Part shown: positions 7,269 to 14,087 of the stretch, one piece after another
Layout: each line of letters begins with the position of its first letter
How positions within the stretch are numbered: position 1 is the first letter of the stretch
Assembly: GCA_902475005.1 (NCBI GenBank)
Contig: CABRXV010000017.1
Coordinates: 7,354-31,353, forward strand
Source: an uncultured Eggerthellaceae bacterium
GTDB lineage: Bacteria; Actinomycetota; Coriobacteriia; Coriobacteriales; Eggerthellaceae
Direction of reading: 5' to 3'
Length of the DNA stretch: 24,000 nt
Notes under the pieces: generated by a model
Told to the model about the DNA's origin: nothing
The model's database searches: none
What the model saw: only the letters and a program-made list of their open reading frames with translations
Made by a program: the position numbers and the translations under genes

Positions 7269-8624
7269 ATGTCACTCCCCGCATCCGACCTGAACAAGCA
7301 GCCCGACAACCGCACGACGATGGATCTCGGAGCGGTGCTCCCCATGACCGCCGAGGTGCGCGACGATCACCTGTTCATCGGCGGCGTCGATATGGTCGAG
7401 CTCGCGCGCGAACAGGGCACGGCACTCTACGTGTTCGATGAGGCCGACCTGCGTCACCGCATGGAGACCTACCGCGAGAGCTTCGCCAAGCGCTACGCGA
7501 ACTCCGGCGTGATCTACGCGTCGAAGGCGTTCCTCAACAAGGAGGTCGTGCGCATGGCGAACGAGGAGGGTCTCTATCTCGACGTGTCGGGCGGCGGCGA
7601 ACTCGCTTGCGCGCAGATGGCGGGCTTCCCCATGGAGCGCGTGTTCGTGCACGGCAACAACAAGACGCCGCAGGAGCTGCGCGAGGCCATCGGCGCGGGT
7701 GTGGGTCGCATCGTGGTTGACAGCCGCATCGAGCTGGCGCGCGTGTCCGAGATCGCGGGTGAGCTCGGCGTCGAGCAGGCAATTTACATGCGCATCACGC
7801 CAGGTGTGGAGGCTGACACGCACGAGTACATCCGCACGGGCTGCGAGGACTCCAAGTTCGGCTTCACCATGCTCGACGACTTCGCGTTCCGCTGCGTGAA
7901 AGACGCGCTCGCCGCGCCGAACGTGCGCCTTGCGGGTTTCCACTGCCACATTGGCTCGCAGATCTTCGCGCTGCACTCGTTCCGCGAGGCTGCGCAGGTG
8001 ATGGTGGAGTTTGTGGCGCGCGTGCGCGACGAGTACGGCGTCACGGTTGAGGAGCTCGATCTGGGCGGCGGCCTCGGCGTGGCGTACACCGCCGAGGACC
8101 GTCCGTCGTCGATCGACGAGTTTGCCGAGGTCACCACGAAGGCGGTCGTCGACTTCTGCGGCGAGCACGATCTGCCGCTGCCGCGCCTGTTCGTGGAGCC
8201 CGGCCGCAGCCTCGTGGCGAATGCGGGCGTGACGCTGTACACCGTGGGCATCCTCAAGACCCTGCCGAACATCCGCAAGTATGTGGCGGTTGACGGCGGC
8301 ATGTCCGACAACATCCGCACGGCGCTCTATCACGCCGACTACGAGCCGACCATCGCGAACAAGGCGGGCCAGCCGCGCACCGAAATCGTCACGCTGTGCG
8401 GCAAGCACTGCGAGAGCGGCGACGCCGTGGTGGTGGACATGCCGCTGCAGCACCCCGATCTCGGCGACATCGTGTGCGTGTTCGGCACGGGTGCCTACTG
8501 CTACACCATGGCGAGCAACTACAACGGTCAGCCGCGCCCCGCGATCGTGTTCGTGAAAGACGGCGAGGCCCGCGTGACCACGCGTCGCGAAACGTACGCC
8601 GATCTGTACGCGCGCGATCTGTAG
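7269..8624 (+). CDS. lysA: Diaminopimelate decarboxylase
   Basis: Typical LysA blocks are present: YASKAF, FHCHIGSQIF, DLGGGLGVAY, EPGRSLVANAG, VDGGMSDNIRTALY, LCGKHCESGD, GAYCYTMASNYN. ATG 7269 is preceded by AAAGGAAG. Confidence 0.93.
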   Translation: MSLPASDLNKQPDNRTTMDLGAVLPMTAEVRDDHLFIGGVDMVELAREQGTALYVFDEADLRHRMETYRESFAKRYANSGVIYASKAFLNKEVVRMANEEGLYLDVSGGGELACAQMAGFPMERVFVHGNNKTPQELREAIGAGVGRIVVDSRIELARVSEIAGELGVEQAIYMRITPGVEADTHEYIRTGCEDSKFGFTMLDDFAFRCVKDALAAPNVRLAGFHCHIGSQIFALHSFREAAQVMVEFVARVRDEYGVTVEELDLGGGLGVAYTAEDRPSSIDEFAEVTTKAVVDFCGEHDLPLPRLFVEPGRSLVANAGVTLYTVGILKTLPNIRKYVAVDGGMSDNIRTALYHADYEPTIANKAGQPRTEIVTLCGKHCESGDAVVVDMPLQHPDLGDIVCVFGTGAYCYTMASNYNGQPRPAIVFVKDGEARVTTRRETYADLYARDL

Positions 8625-8660
8625 GGCTTTCGTCGCCGCGCGCACTGAAATAGGTTGAAC

Positions 8661-8699
8661 CAAGGCCGCTTGGGGTTCCCAGGCGGCCTTGCTGTTTTC
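8661..8699 (+). terminator. Rho-independent terminator after lysA
   Basis: caaggccgc (8661-8669) pairs with gcggccttg (8683-8691) around a 13-nt loop and is followed by ctgttttcg. Confidence 0.6.
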
Positions 8700-8892
8700 G
8701 CTCTGCCGCACCCCCGCTTCCGCCCCTCGCCACGAGTTTTCTCCGATATGCAGGCCGTTCCTCTGCGGAGGGGCGAGCACTCTCTATAATGGGCGTATTG
8801 TTTTCGCAGGACGCGCTCGCGTCGCGTGCTGCGGGCGCGGCTCGCGTCGAGCTGTACCCGCACGGCTCGACGTTCGTGCGCAAGGACGCCCA

Positions 8893-8924
8893 GCTGAGGT
8901 CGGCTGGCTGAGGAAAGCTGAGGA
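8893..8924 (+). promoter_or_regulatory. Three tandem GCTGAGG motifs in the hom 5' leader; the last overlaps the SD
   Basis: caGCTGAGGtcggctgGCTGAGGaaaGCTGAGGaaaaggaaattATG. The 11-mer AAAGCTGAGGA recurs exactly at 22815-22825 and 23780-23790. Confidence 0.5.
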
Positions 8925-8934
8925 AAAGGAAATT

Positions 8935-10218
8935 ATGGCAGTGAAGATCGGCTTGGTCGGCACGGGCACCGTCGGCGGCGGCTGCATCGACATCATCCAG
9001 AAGCATCAGGAGAGCTTCAAACGCCACTACGGCATCGACATCGAGCTGGCGCGCGTGTGCTCGCTCAGCCGCGAGCAGGCTGACGCGCACGGCGTGGGCC
9101 ACCTGTTCACCGACGACTTCAACGACATCATCAACGATCCCGACATCGATATCGTGGTGGAGCTCATCGGCGGCACCACCTTCGCGCGCACCGTGGTGAT
9201 CGGCGCGCTCGAGGCGGGCAAGTGCGTGGTCACGGCGAACAAGGCGCTCATGGCCACCTACGGCAAGGAGGTCATGGAAACCGCCGAGCGCATGAACAAG
9301 GAGATCGCGTTCGAAGCGAGCGTCGGCGGCGGCATCCCGATCATCGATCCGCTTAAGCACTCGCTCATCGCCAACGAGATCACCTCGGTCATGGGCATCG
9401 TGAACGGCACCACCAACTACATGCTCACGCGTATGGCCGAGGACGGCATGACTTACGACGACGCGCTTGCCGAGGCGCAGGCGAAGGGCTTCGCCGAAGC
9501 CGATCCGTCGGCCGACGTGGAGGGCTACGACGCGGCGGCGAAGATCGCCATCCTCGCGTCGATCGCGTTCAACTCGCGCGTGACCATGGCCGACGTGTAT
9601 ACAAGCGGCATCACCAACATCTCGCCGATCGATCTCGAGGCGGCGGAAGACATGGGCTACGTCGTGAAGCTGCTGGCGCTCGCGCATCGCACCGAGCGCG
9701 GCGTCGACGTGCGCGTGCATCCCACCATGCTGCCCGCCGAGCACCAGCTCGCGAAGGTGAACGGCGTGTACAACGCCATCTACGTGACGGGCGACTTCGT
9801 GGGCGACACGATGTTCTTCGGCGAAGGCGCGGGCGCGGGTGCCGCGGCAAGCGCCGTCATGGGCGACGTGCTCGAGGTGGCGCGCCACCTGCAGCAGGGC
9901 ATCGATCCCATCGTGGGCTGCACCTGCACCGACGAGCTGCCCATCCTGCCGATGGAGGAGCTCTCGATGCGCTACTACATCCGCTTCTCCGTGGCCGACC
10001 GCCCGGGCGTGCTCGCGGCGATGGCGGGCGTGTTCGCCGATCACGACGTAAGCGTGCACTCCGTCATGCAGCGCGGCCAGGCGAACGCCGACACGGTGGA
10101 GATCGTCTACATCACGCACACCGCGCAGGAGCGCGCGATCCGCGAGGTCATCGACGACATCCGCAACCTCGGCGACATCCTCCACGCCACGCCGTCGCTC
10201 ATCCGCGTGGAAGCGTAG
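8935..10218 (+). CDS. hom: Homoserine dehydrogenase with C-terminal ACT domain
   Basis: MAVKIGLVGTGTVGGG Rossmann N-terminus. Also VTANKAL, GGGIPII, IVNGTTNYMLT, AEADPSADVEGYDAA, and a C-terminal RYYIRF...DRPGVLA ACT-like block. Confidence 0.93.
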   Translation: MAVKIGLVGTGTVGGGCIDIIQKHQESFKRHYGIDIELARVCSLSREQADAHGVGHLFTDDFNDIINDPDIDIVVELIGGTTFARTVVIGALEAGKCVVTANKALMATYGKEVMETAERMNKEIAFEASVGGGIPIIDPLKHSLIANEITSVMGIVNGTTNYMLTRMAEDGMTYDDALAEAQAKGFAEADPSADVEGYDAAAKIAILASIAFNSRVTMADVYTSGITNISPIDLEAAEDMGYVVKLLALAHRTERGVDVRVHPTMLPAEHQLAKVNGVYNAIYVTGDFVGDTMFFGEGAGAGAAASAVMGDVLEVARHLQQGIDPIVGCTCTDELPILPMEELSMRYYIRFSVADRPGVLAAMAGVFADHDVSVHSVMQRGQANADTVEIVYITHTAQERAIREVIDDIRNLGDILHATPSLIRVEA

Positions 10219-10267
10219 AGCGAAAACGGGCGCGGCGCATGCGCGCGCTCATGCGAACGAGAAACGA

Positions 10268-10303
10268 AACGGGACCCCGACGTGCGATCGTCGGGGTCCC
10301 GTT
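10268..10303. terminator. Strong hairpin between the convergent hom and rsr genes (bidirectional terminator candidate)
   Basis: aacgggaccccgacg (10268-10282) pairs perfectly with cgtcggggtcccgtt (10289-10303) around a 6-nt loop. The minus-strand transcript would be followed by UUUCGUUUCUCG. The plus-strand tail is weak. Confidence 0.6.
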
Positions 10304-10476
10304 GCATGTGGGGTGGGGGAGGCGAGCAGAAGAGGGGCGACGCGAAGAGGCGTTGCGGAAGGCGGGCGGTGCGAGCGGCGTCGGGCTGTGAGTCCTGCGG
10401 ACGCGTCGCGCGGCGCACGCCGCGGTCGCACCCTAGCCGCGTCCCTCCGTGAACGTACTCCAGGCCCGCACCCCGC

Positions 10477-11949
10477 CTACAACTCCACCTTCTCCACGGC
10501 TTCAATCATGGCGCCGAAGCCTTGTTCGGCGGCGGCGACGAACTCAAGCGCGCGCTCCGAGAAACCAGCGAGCACGTTGGTGTGCGCGCCGAGGAACTGC
10601 GCGGATCCGTAGCCCTGGAGATCCCATGCGTGGCACCACACGTCGTGTCCCACCTGCGCGCGGTAGGCGTCCAGGTCGGACTGGCATGCCTTGATGCCGT
10701 GTTTTGAGAAGGGGCTCCAAGAACGAGAAGCGTTCACCTCGTTGTCTGATAGCACGATGATGCGGTCAACGTCGATTTCGTCCTTCATGAGCTCTTCGAA
10801 GGGGGCGTGCAGATCGGTCCGGCCGCCGTGTGAGTGGAGCAGGACGTTTTCGGTGAAACCGAGCAGCGACGTGGTGGGGGCGGCTTCGAGCTTTTGCGCC
10901 TCGCCGCTGAAAATATACACGTACGCGTCGTCGGCGAGCAGGGCGGCGGCAGCGCCCATGAGCGCTGCTACTTCCGAGCAGGAGACAGTCGACTTCTCCG
11001 AGATGTGCCAGGTCATCGAACCCGACCCGTCGATGAACACCGCTGTGCGCCCGGGGAGCGCGGGATAGTTGAGCGCGAGCGTGCCGAGCGCCTGGTCGAT
11101 CGCGCGCACGAGTTTGGTGCCGGCGATGCTTCGGATCTCACGGTACGCCGTGTACAGGCGGAAGGGCAGCATGCCCGAGCGCTTGAGCGCCTCTTCGTCG
11201 GCAAGCAGCTCGTAGACGGGATCAAGGTTCGCCCCCGCCTGCACGATGTTGCGCAGGTTACGCACGAGCGCCATGGGCGGCACCTGGTGCGCGGCGAGCA
11301 GGCGGTTCCACGTCTCAGCGTTGTTGCCGCAGGACGCAAGCTCGGTCTCCCACGAGGTGGGGCGTGCGAGCGTGCCCTTCACGCACCGGTCGAACGCGTC
11401 GGCCAGCGCGGGGGTCTTCGCACGGGGGTGCACGATGCGCAGGGCGTCGCGCATGGTGACGGCTTTGCCGAGCTCGCGGTACTTCGCCACGTCGTAGGGC
11501 GTGAAGTTCTCCATGGCGTCGCGCAGGCCCTTGATCATGCCGTTGGGCACCATGCGGTCGGGGTGGAAGGAGCGCCATGCGGCGATGAGGTTGGTCACGT
11601 CGTCGCCGCGGCGCACGAGGGCGCGGGTCATGGCGCGCACGATGCCCGTTCCCCGCGCGGCGTCCGATGCGGCGACCACGGAGGCGAGCATATGCGATAC
11701 CGACCGCATCATGAGCGTGTTGCGCGCGTACACGGCGAGCTTCGCCACGAAGGCGGGGTCCTCTTCGGCAAGCTTCGCCGCCAGCTCGAACGTGGCGTCG
11801 GTGGTGTCGCCGTAGAACTTGGGTTCGCCCACCATGCAGGCCGCTACGCGTGTGAGCAGCTCAGTCTTCTCAGGGTAGCGGTAGGCTGCGTGCCCCGAAA
11901 TGTTCCGGGTTTTGGGCGAGTGGGTGGTGTTGGTGTTGAACGATGCCAT
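10477..11949 (-). CDS. rsr: Ro60-related protein (TROVE domain plus vWA domain), Rsr
   Basis: 490 aa with a helical-repeat N-terminal two-thirds (GEPKFYGD..., VYARNTLMMRSV...). The C-terminal vWA domain has the MIDAS motif VFIDGSGSM. ATG 11947-11949 is preceded by GAGAGGA. Y-RNA-like elements lie directly upstream on the same strand. Confidence 0.88.
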   Translation of the reverse strand: MASFNTNTTHSPKTRNISGHAAYRYPEKTELLTRVAACMVGEPKFYGDTTDATFELAAKLAEEDPAFVAKLAVYARNTLMMRSVSHMLASVVAASDAARGTGIVRAMTRALVRRGDDVTNLIAAWRSFHPDRMVPNGMIKGLRDAMENFTPYDVAKYRELGKAVTMRDALRIVHPRAKTPALADAFDRCVKGTLARPTSWETELASCGNNAETWNRLLAAHQVPPMALVRNLRNIVQAGANLDPVYELLADEEALKRSGMLPFRLYTAYREIRSIAGTKLVRAIDQALGTLALNYPALPGRTAVFIDGSGSMTWHISEKSTVSCSEVAALMGAAAALLADDAYVYIFSGEAQKLEAAPTTSLLGFTENVLLHSHGGRTDLHAPFEELMKDEIDVDRIIVLSDNEVNASRSWSPFSKHGIKACQSDLDAYRAQVGHDVWCHAWDLQGYGSAQFLGAHTNVLAGFSERALEFVAAAEQGFGAMIEAVEKVEL

Positions 11950-12004
11950 GCGATGCCGTCCTCTCAACGAGTCGGATGTTTTCAGGCGATGTGCTGCTGT
12001 GGCT

Positions 12005-12197
12005 CAAAGCCGGCCCGGGAGCAGCATCGGATGTGTGTCGAAAGCGGTACATGTTTAGGCGCGTCTGCCGTTCCGCCACCGAACGCCGAAGCGCTCGACC
12101 GGGATTTGAACCCGGACGGTCGGTTGACCCGACCACCTGCTCCCGTAGCGAAGTAACCGCTTCCTGCGATGCCGATGTTGCTTCCGGGCCGGCTCTG
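12005..12197 (-). ncRNA. YrlA-like Y RNA, copy 1 (rsr-proximal)
   Basis: A 26-bp terminal stem (12005-12030 with 12172-12197) has 3 transition mismatches. Minus-strand T-arm CCGGG-UUCAAAU-CCCGG (12099-12115). Acceptor-like stem GAGCGC-UUCG-GCGUUC. Extra hairpin GGUCGG-GUCAA-CCGACC (12118-12134). It shares two 22-nt blocks with copy 2. Confidence 0.7.
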
Positions 12198-12218
12198 CCC
12201 GCCCGTCGCTGCTGCGTG

Positions 12219-12387
12219 GTATCGTCGGGAAAGGACGCTGGATGTGTGTCGAAAGCGGTACATTGAGCGCTCTGGCCAGCCTGAGCTACCGCGCGTCGAA
12301 ACGCACGGCTGGGATTTGAACCCAGGACCTCTCTCTCACCAGGAAGTAACCGCCTCCTGCGATGCCAGCGTCCTTTCCCGACGATGC
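12219..12387 (-). ncRNA. YrlA-like Y RNA, copy 2 (distal), with a near-canonical permuted tRNA-like module
   Basis: A perfect 20-bp terminal stem (12222-12241 with 12365-12384) is extendable to 23 bp. The minus-strand order is T-arm CUGGG-UUCAAAU-CCCAG (12309-12325), then acceptor-like stem CCGUGCGU-UUCG-ACGCGCGG (12289-12308), then U-A-GCUC-AGGCUGGCCA-GAGC D-arm (12269-12286). Confidence 0.8.
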
Positions 12388-12488
12388 GACATTCTGCCCA
12401 GAGGATCAAGAATGCTGCCTAGCTGCGTCAGGGTGCCTCATGCGGGCCCGGCTAGAAAGGAGAAAGAAGCCAGGCCCGTATCGGCTTC

Positions 12489-12602
12489 GCTGCCTCGCGG
12501 GGCGAGTGCGGGAGGCGCTCGATGCGTTAGTCGGTACGATCAACAACATGAACAGTCAGGAGGTAGTCTCAAGCGCCCTCTGCGCCCGCCCCGCGAGGCA
12601 GC
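12489..12602. repeat. Long imperfect inverted repeat / candidate structured RNA upstream of the Y RNA pair
   Basis: gctgcctcgcggggcg (12489-12504) is the exact reverse complement of cgccccgcgaggcagc (12587-12602). The arms extend to about 31 bp with 5 differences, all transitions (G-U compatible on one strand or the other). The loop is about 52 nt. Confidence 0.45.
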
Positions 12603-12760
12603 TCGCATTGCCTGTGCATATGATGCACCCCCGCCTGCAGGCGATTTGCGCAAATGGATGAGAGGGGGAGGGTAGGTGCTTAGTTGCGGCGCATGGCTGG
12701 CATGCGGCAACGTAAAGCGGCGGTTGGAAAGGGGATTTGCCCGCGCCCCTGCAAGTTCTC

Positions 12761-13867
12761 TTATCGCGCGTTCGCCTCTTCGACGTATGCGCGCATGAGC
12801 GGAAGCTGGAACCGGATGCCGTCTGGCGCTTCCTCGATCACTCCCTGTCCGAGCAGTCGATTCTTGTACTGCGTCGCATACGAGTGTGTCTTGCCGAGTC
12901 GTTGAGCGATCTCCGATACTCTGCTCGTCTCGTCGTCTGCCAGCATTGCTGCAAGAAAAGCCTTGTCGCCCGCGGAGAGGCCTTCATATGTGATGTGAAT
13001 GATGCGGTCTTTCAGCTCGGCTTCGGCAAAGCGTATTCCTGTTCGGGCGTCATTGAGGGAAATTTCCAGCTCGCTCGGATGCTGGTCCCACATGCGAAAT
13101 CCGACGAGCTGCATCATGAAGGGGAAACCTTCCGATGCACGGACAGCGAGGTTGAGAGCATCTTGGCCTATGGTTCGTCCCGCTTCCTCGATGGTCTTTC
13201 GTATGGCGCTTTCGACGTCGTAGTCGGCGATTCTTCCGAGATGGCACTTCTGCGCGCGACGGAGAAACGACACGGTTTTGTCGGTCTCGAGAGCCAGCAT
13301 GTTGTGCGGAAGCCCTGCCATAAGAAGCGCCACTCTGCGATTGTCCATGATGAGCAGCTGATACACCGCCGCAAGTTCAATCATCTCAGAAAGCTTCGGT
13401 TGAACCTCGTCCACGAGGATAAGCAAGCCGACGTCTTTGCTTTCGAGCTGATCAAGCAGTTCCGTCATCTCGTTTCGCCAGTTCGTCGGACGGGATGGTG
13501 CCTCCCATTCTGCCCCTATGAACTGCCCGATCGACAGCCCGGACAAACGGGCTTTTTCGCTGTCGTCGAGAAGGTGGGCGGCGGCGCGTCGCGCGGAGAT
13601 GAGAATATCATCGAGCATCCCAGGTAGAGCAACGGTTTTCACGGCGATCCAACCGCACTGCTCGGCTTCTTCGGCGACAAGCGAGAGAAGCGCGGTTTTG
13701 CCGGTGCCTCGAGCTCCCGTGAGGATTGTCGTGAGGTTGGGGTGTCGCTTGGTTGATCTAAGGGCTCTCTTCAGATCATTGAGAACGACCGTGCGACCAG
13801 CCATGTGGGCAGGCACTTCTCCGAACGTTGGGGTGAACGGATTCTCTTCGATGGTCGGCGTGCTCAT
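12761..13867 (-). CDS. AAA+ ATPase (Orc1/Cdc6-like or archaeal-ATPase-like) with C-terminal winged-helix DNA-binding domain
   Basis: Walker A ILTGARGTGKTALL and Walker B LLILVDEVQ. The C-terminal segment SAGDKAFLAAML...VSEIAQRLGKTHSYATQYKNRLLGQGVI is wHTH-like. ATG is preceded by AAGGAG. GC content is visibly lower (about 52-55%) than the flanking genes. Confidence 0.8.
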   Translation of the reverse strand: MSTPTIEENPFTPTFGEVPAHMAGRTVVLNDLKRALRSTKRHPNLTTILTGARGTGKTALLSLVAEEAEQCGWIAVKTVALPGMLDDILISARRAAAHLLDDSEKARLSGLSIGQFIGAEWEAPSRPTNWRNEMTELLDQLESKDVGLLILVDEVQPKLSEMIELAAVYQLLIMDNRRVALLMAGLPHNMLALETDKTVSFLRRAQKCHLGRIADYDVESAIRKTIEEAGRTIGQDALNLAVRASEGFPFMMQLVGFRMWDQHPSELEISLNDARTGIRFAEAELKDRIIHITYEGLSAGDKAFLAAMLADDETSRVSEIAQRLGKTHSYATQYKNRLLGQGVIEEAPDGIRFQLPLMRAYVEEANAR

Positions 13868-13877
13868 GGCGGCTCCT

Positions 13878-13927
13878 TGATTTCTTTTATATCCGTTGAT
13901 TTCTTTTATATCCGTTGATTTCTTTTA
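13878..13927. repeat. 2.6 copies of an AT-rich 19-bp direct repeat abutting the ATPase start
   Basis: tgatttcttttatatccgt (13878-13896), tgatttcttttatatccgt (13897-13915), tgatttctttta (13916-13927). On the minus strand each unit reads ACGGATATAAAAGAAATCA, and a fourth truncated AAGAAATCA at 13873-13881 runs into the SD AAGGAG (13869-13874). Confidence 0.9.
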
Positions 13928-14087
13928 GCGCAAGCGGTTTGACCGACAGCTGAAAGATGGGTGTAATTTGCCCGTTGCTTGACGAGTTTCTTGCATGCGC
14001 CTGACGCGCGTGCGATAGGATGGCGACTCGGTAATGAGATGCGCGTTCCGACAGGGGGGCGTGCGTTCAGATTTGGAAAGGGCCTTC

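Noticed and set aside
6459-7284. Pro/Arg/Ala-rich ORFs in the C-rich tract (6459..7142, 6713..7258, 6769..7152, and 6805..7284 on the minus strand)
   Set aside because: All three plus frames and a minus frame are open across the same tract. That is a compositional effect of the C-rich, stop-poor sequence. There is no SD or motif, and the first ORF starts inside the inverted-repeat element.
7272-10185. Minus-strand ORFs 7272..8780 (502 aa) and 8389..10185 (598 aa)
   Set aside because: They are antisense to lysA and hom, both of which have unmistakable family motifs. The translations are Arg/His/Ala/Val-rich low-complexity sequence.
12099-12325. Possible genuine tRNA genes, because of perfect GGTTCAAATCC-type T-arms on the minus strand
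   Set aside because: The element order is permuted: T-arm, then acceptor stem closed by a UUCG loop, then D-arm. There is no anticodon arm and no free acceptor ends. Each module is embedded in a long closing stem. This fits Y-RNA tRNA mimicry, not a tRNA gene.
12443-12477. Hairpin gggcccggct...agccaggccc as a terminator
   Set aside because: There is no U-rich tail on either strand and one mismatch in the stem. Its position upstream of the Y RNAs gives no clear terminator role.
13878-13927. CRISPR array
   Set aside because: The 19-bp units are directly abutting with no spacers, there are only 2.6 copies, and no cas genes are present. It is a simple tandem direct repeat.
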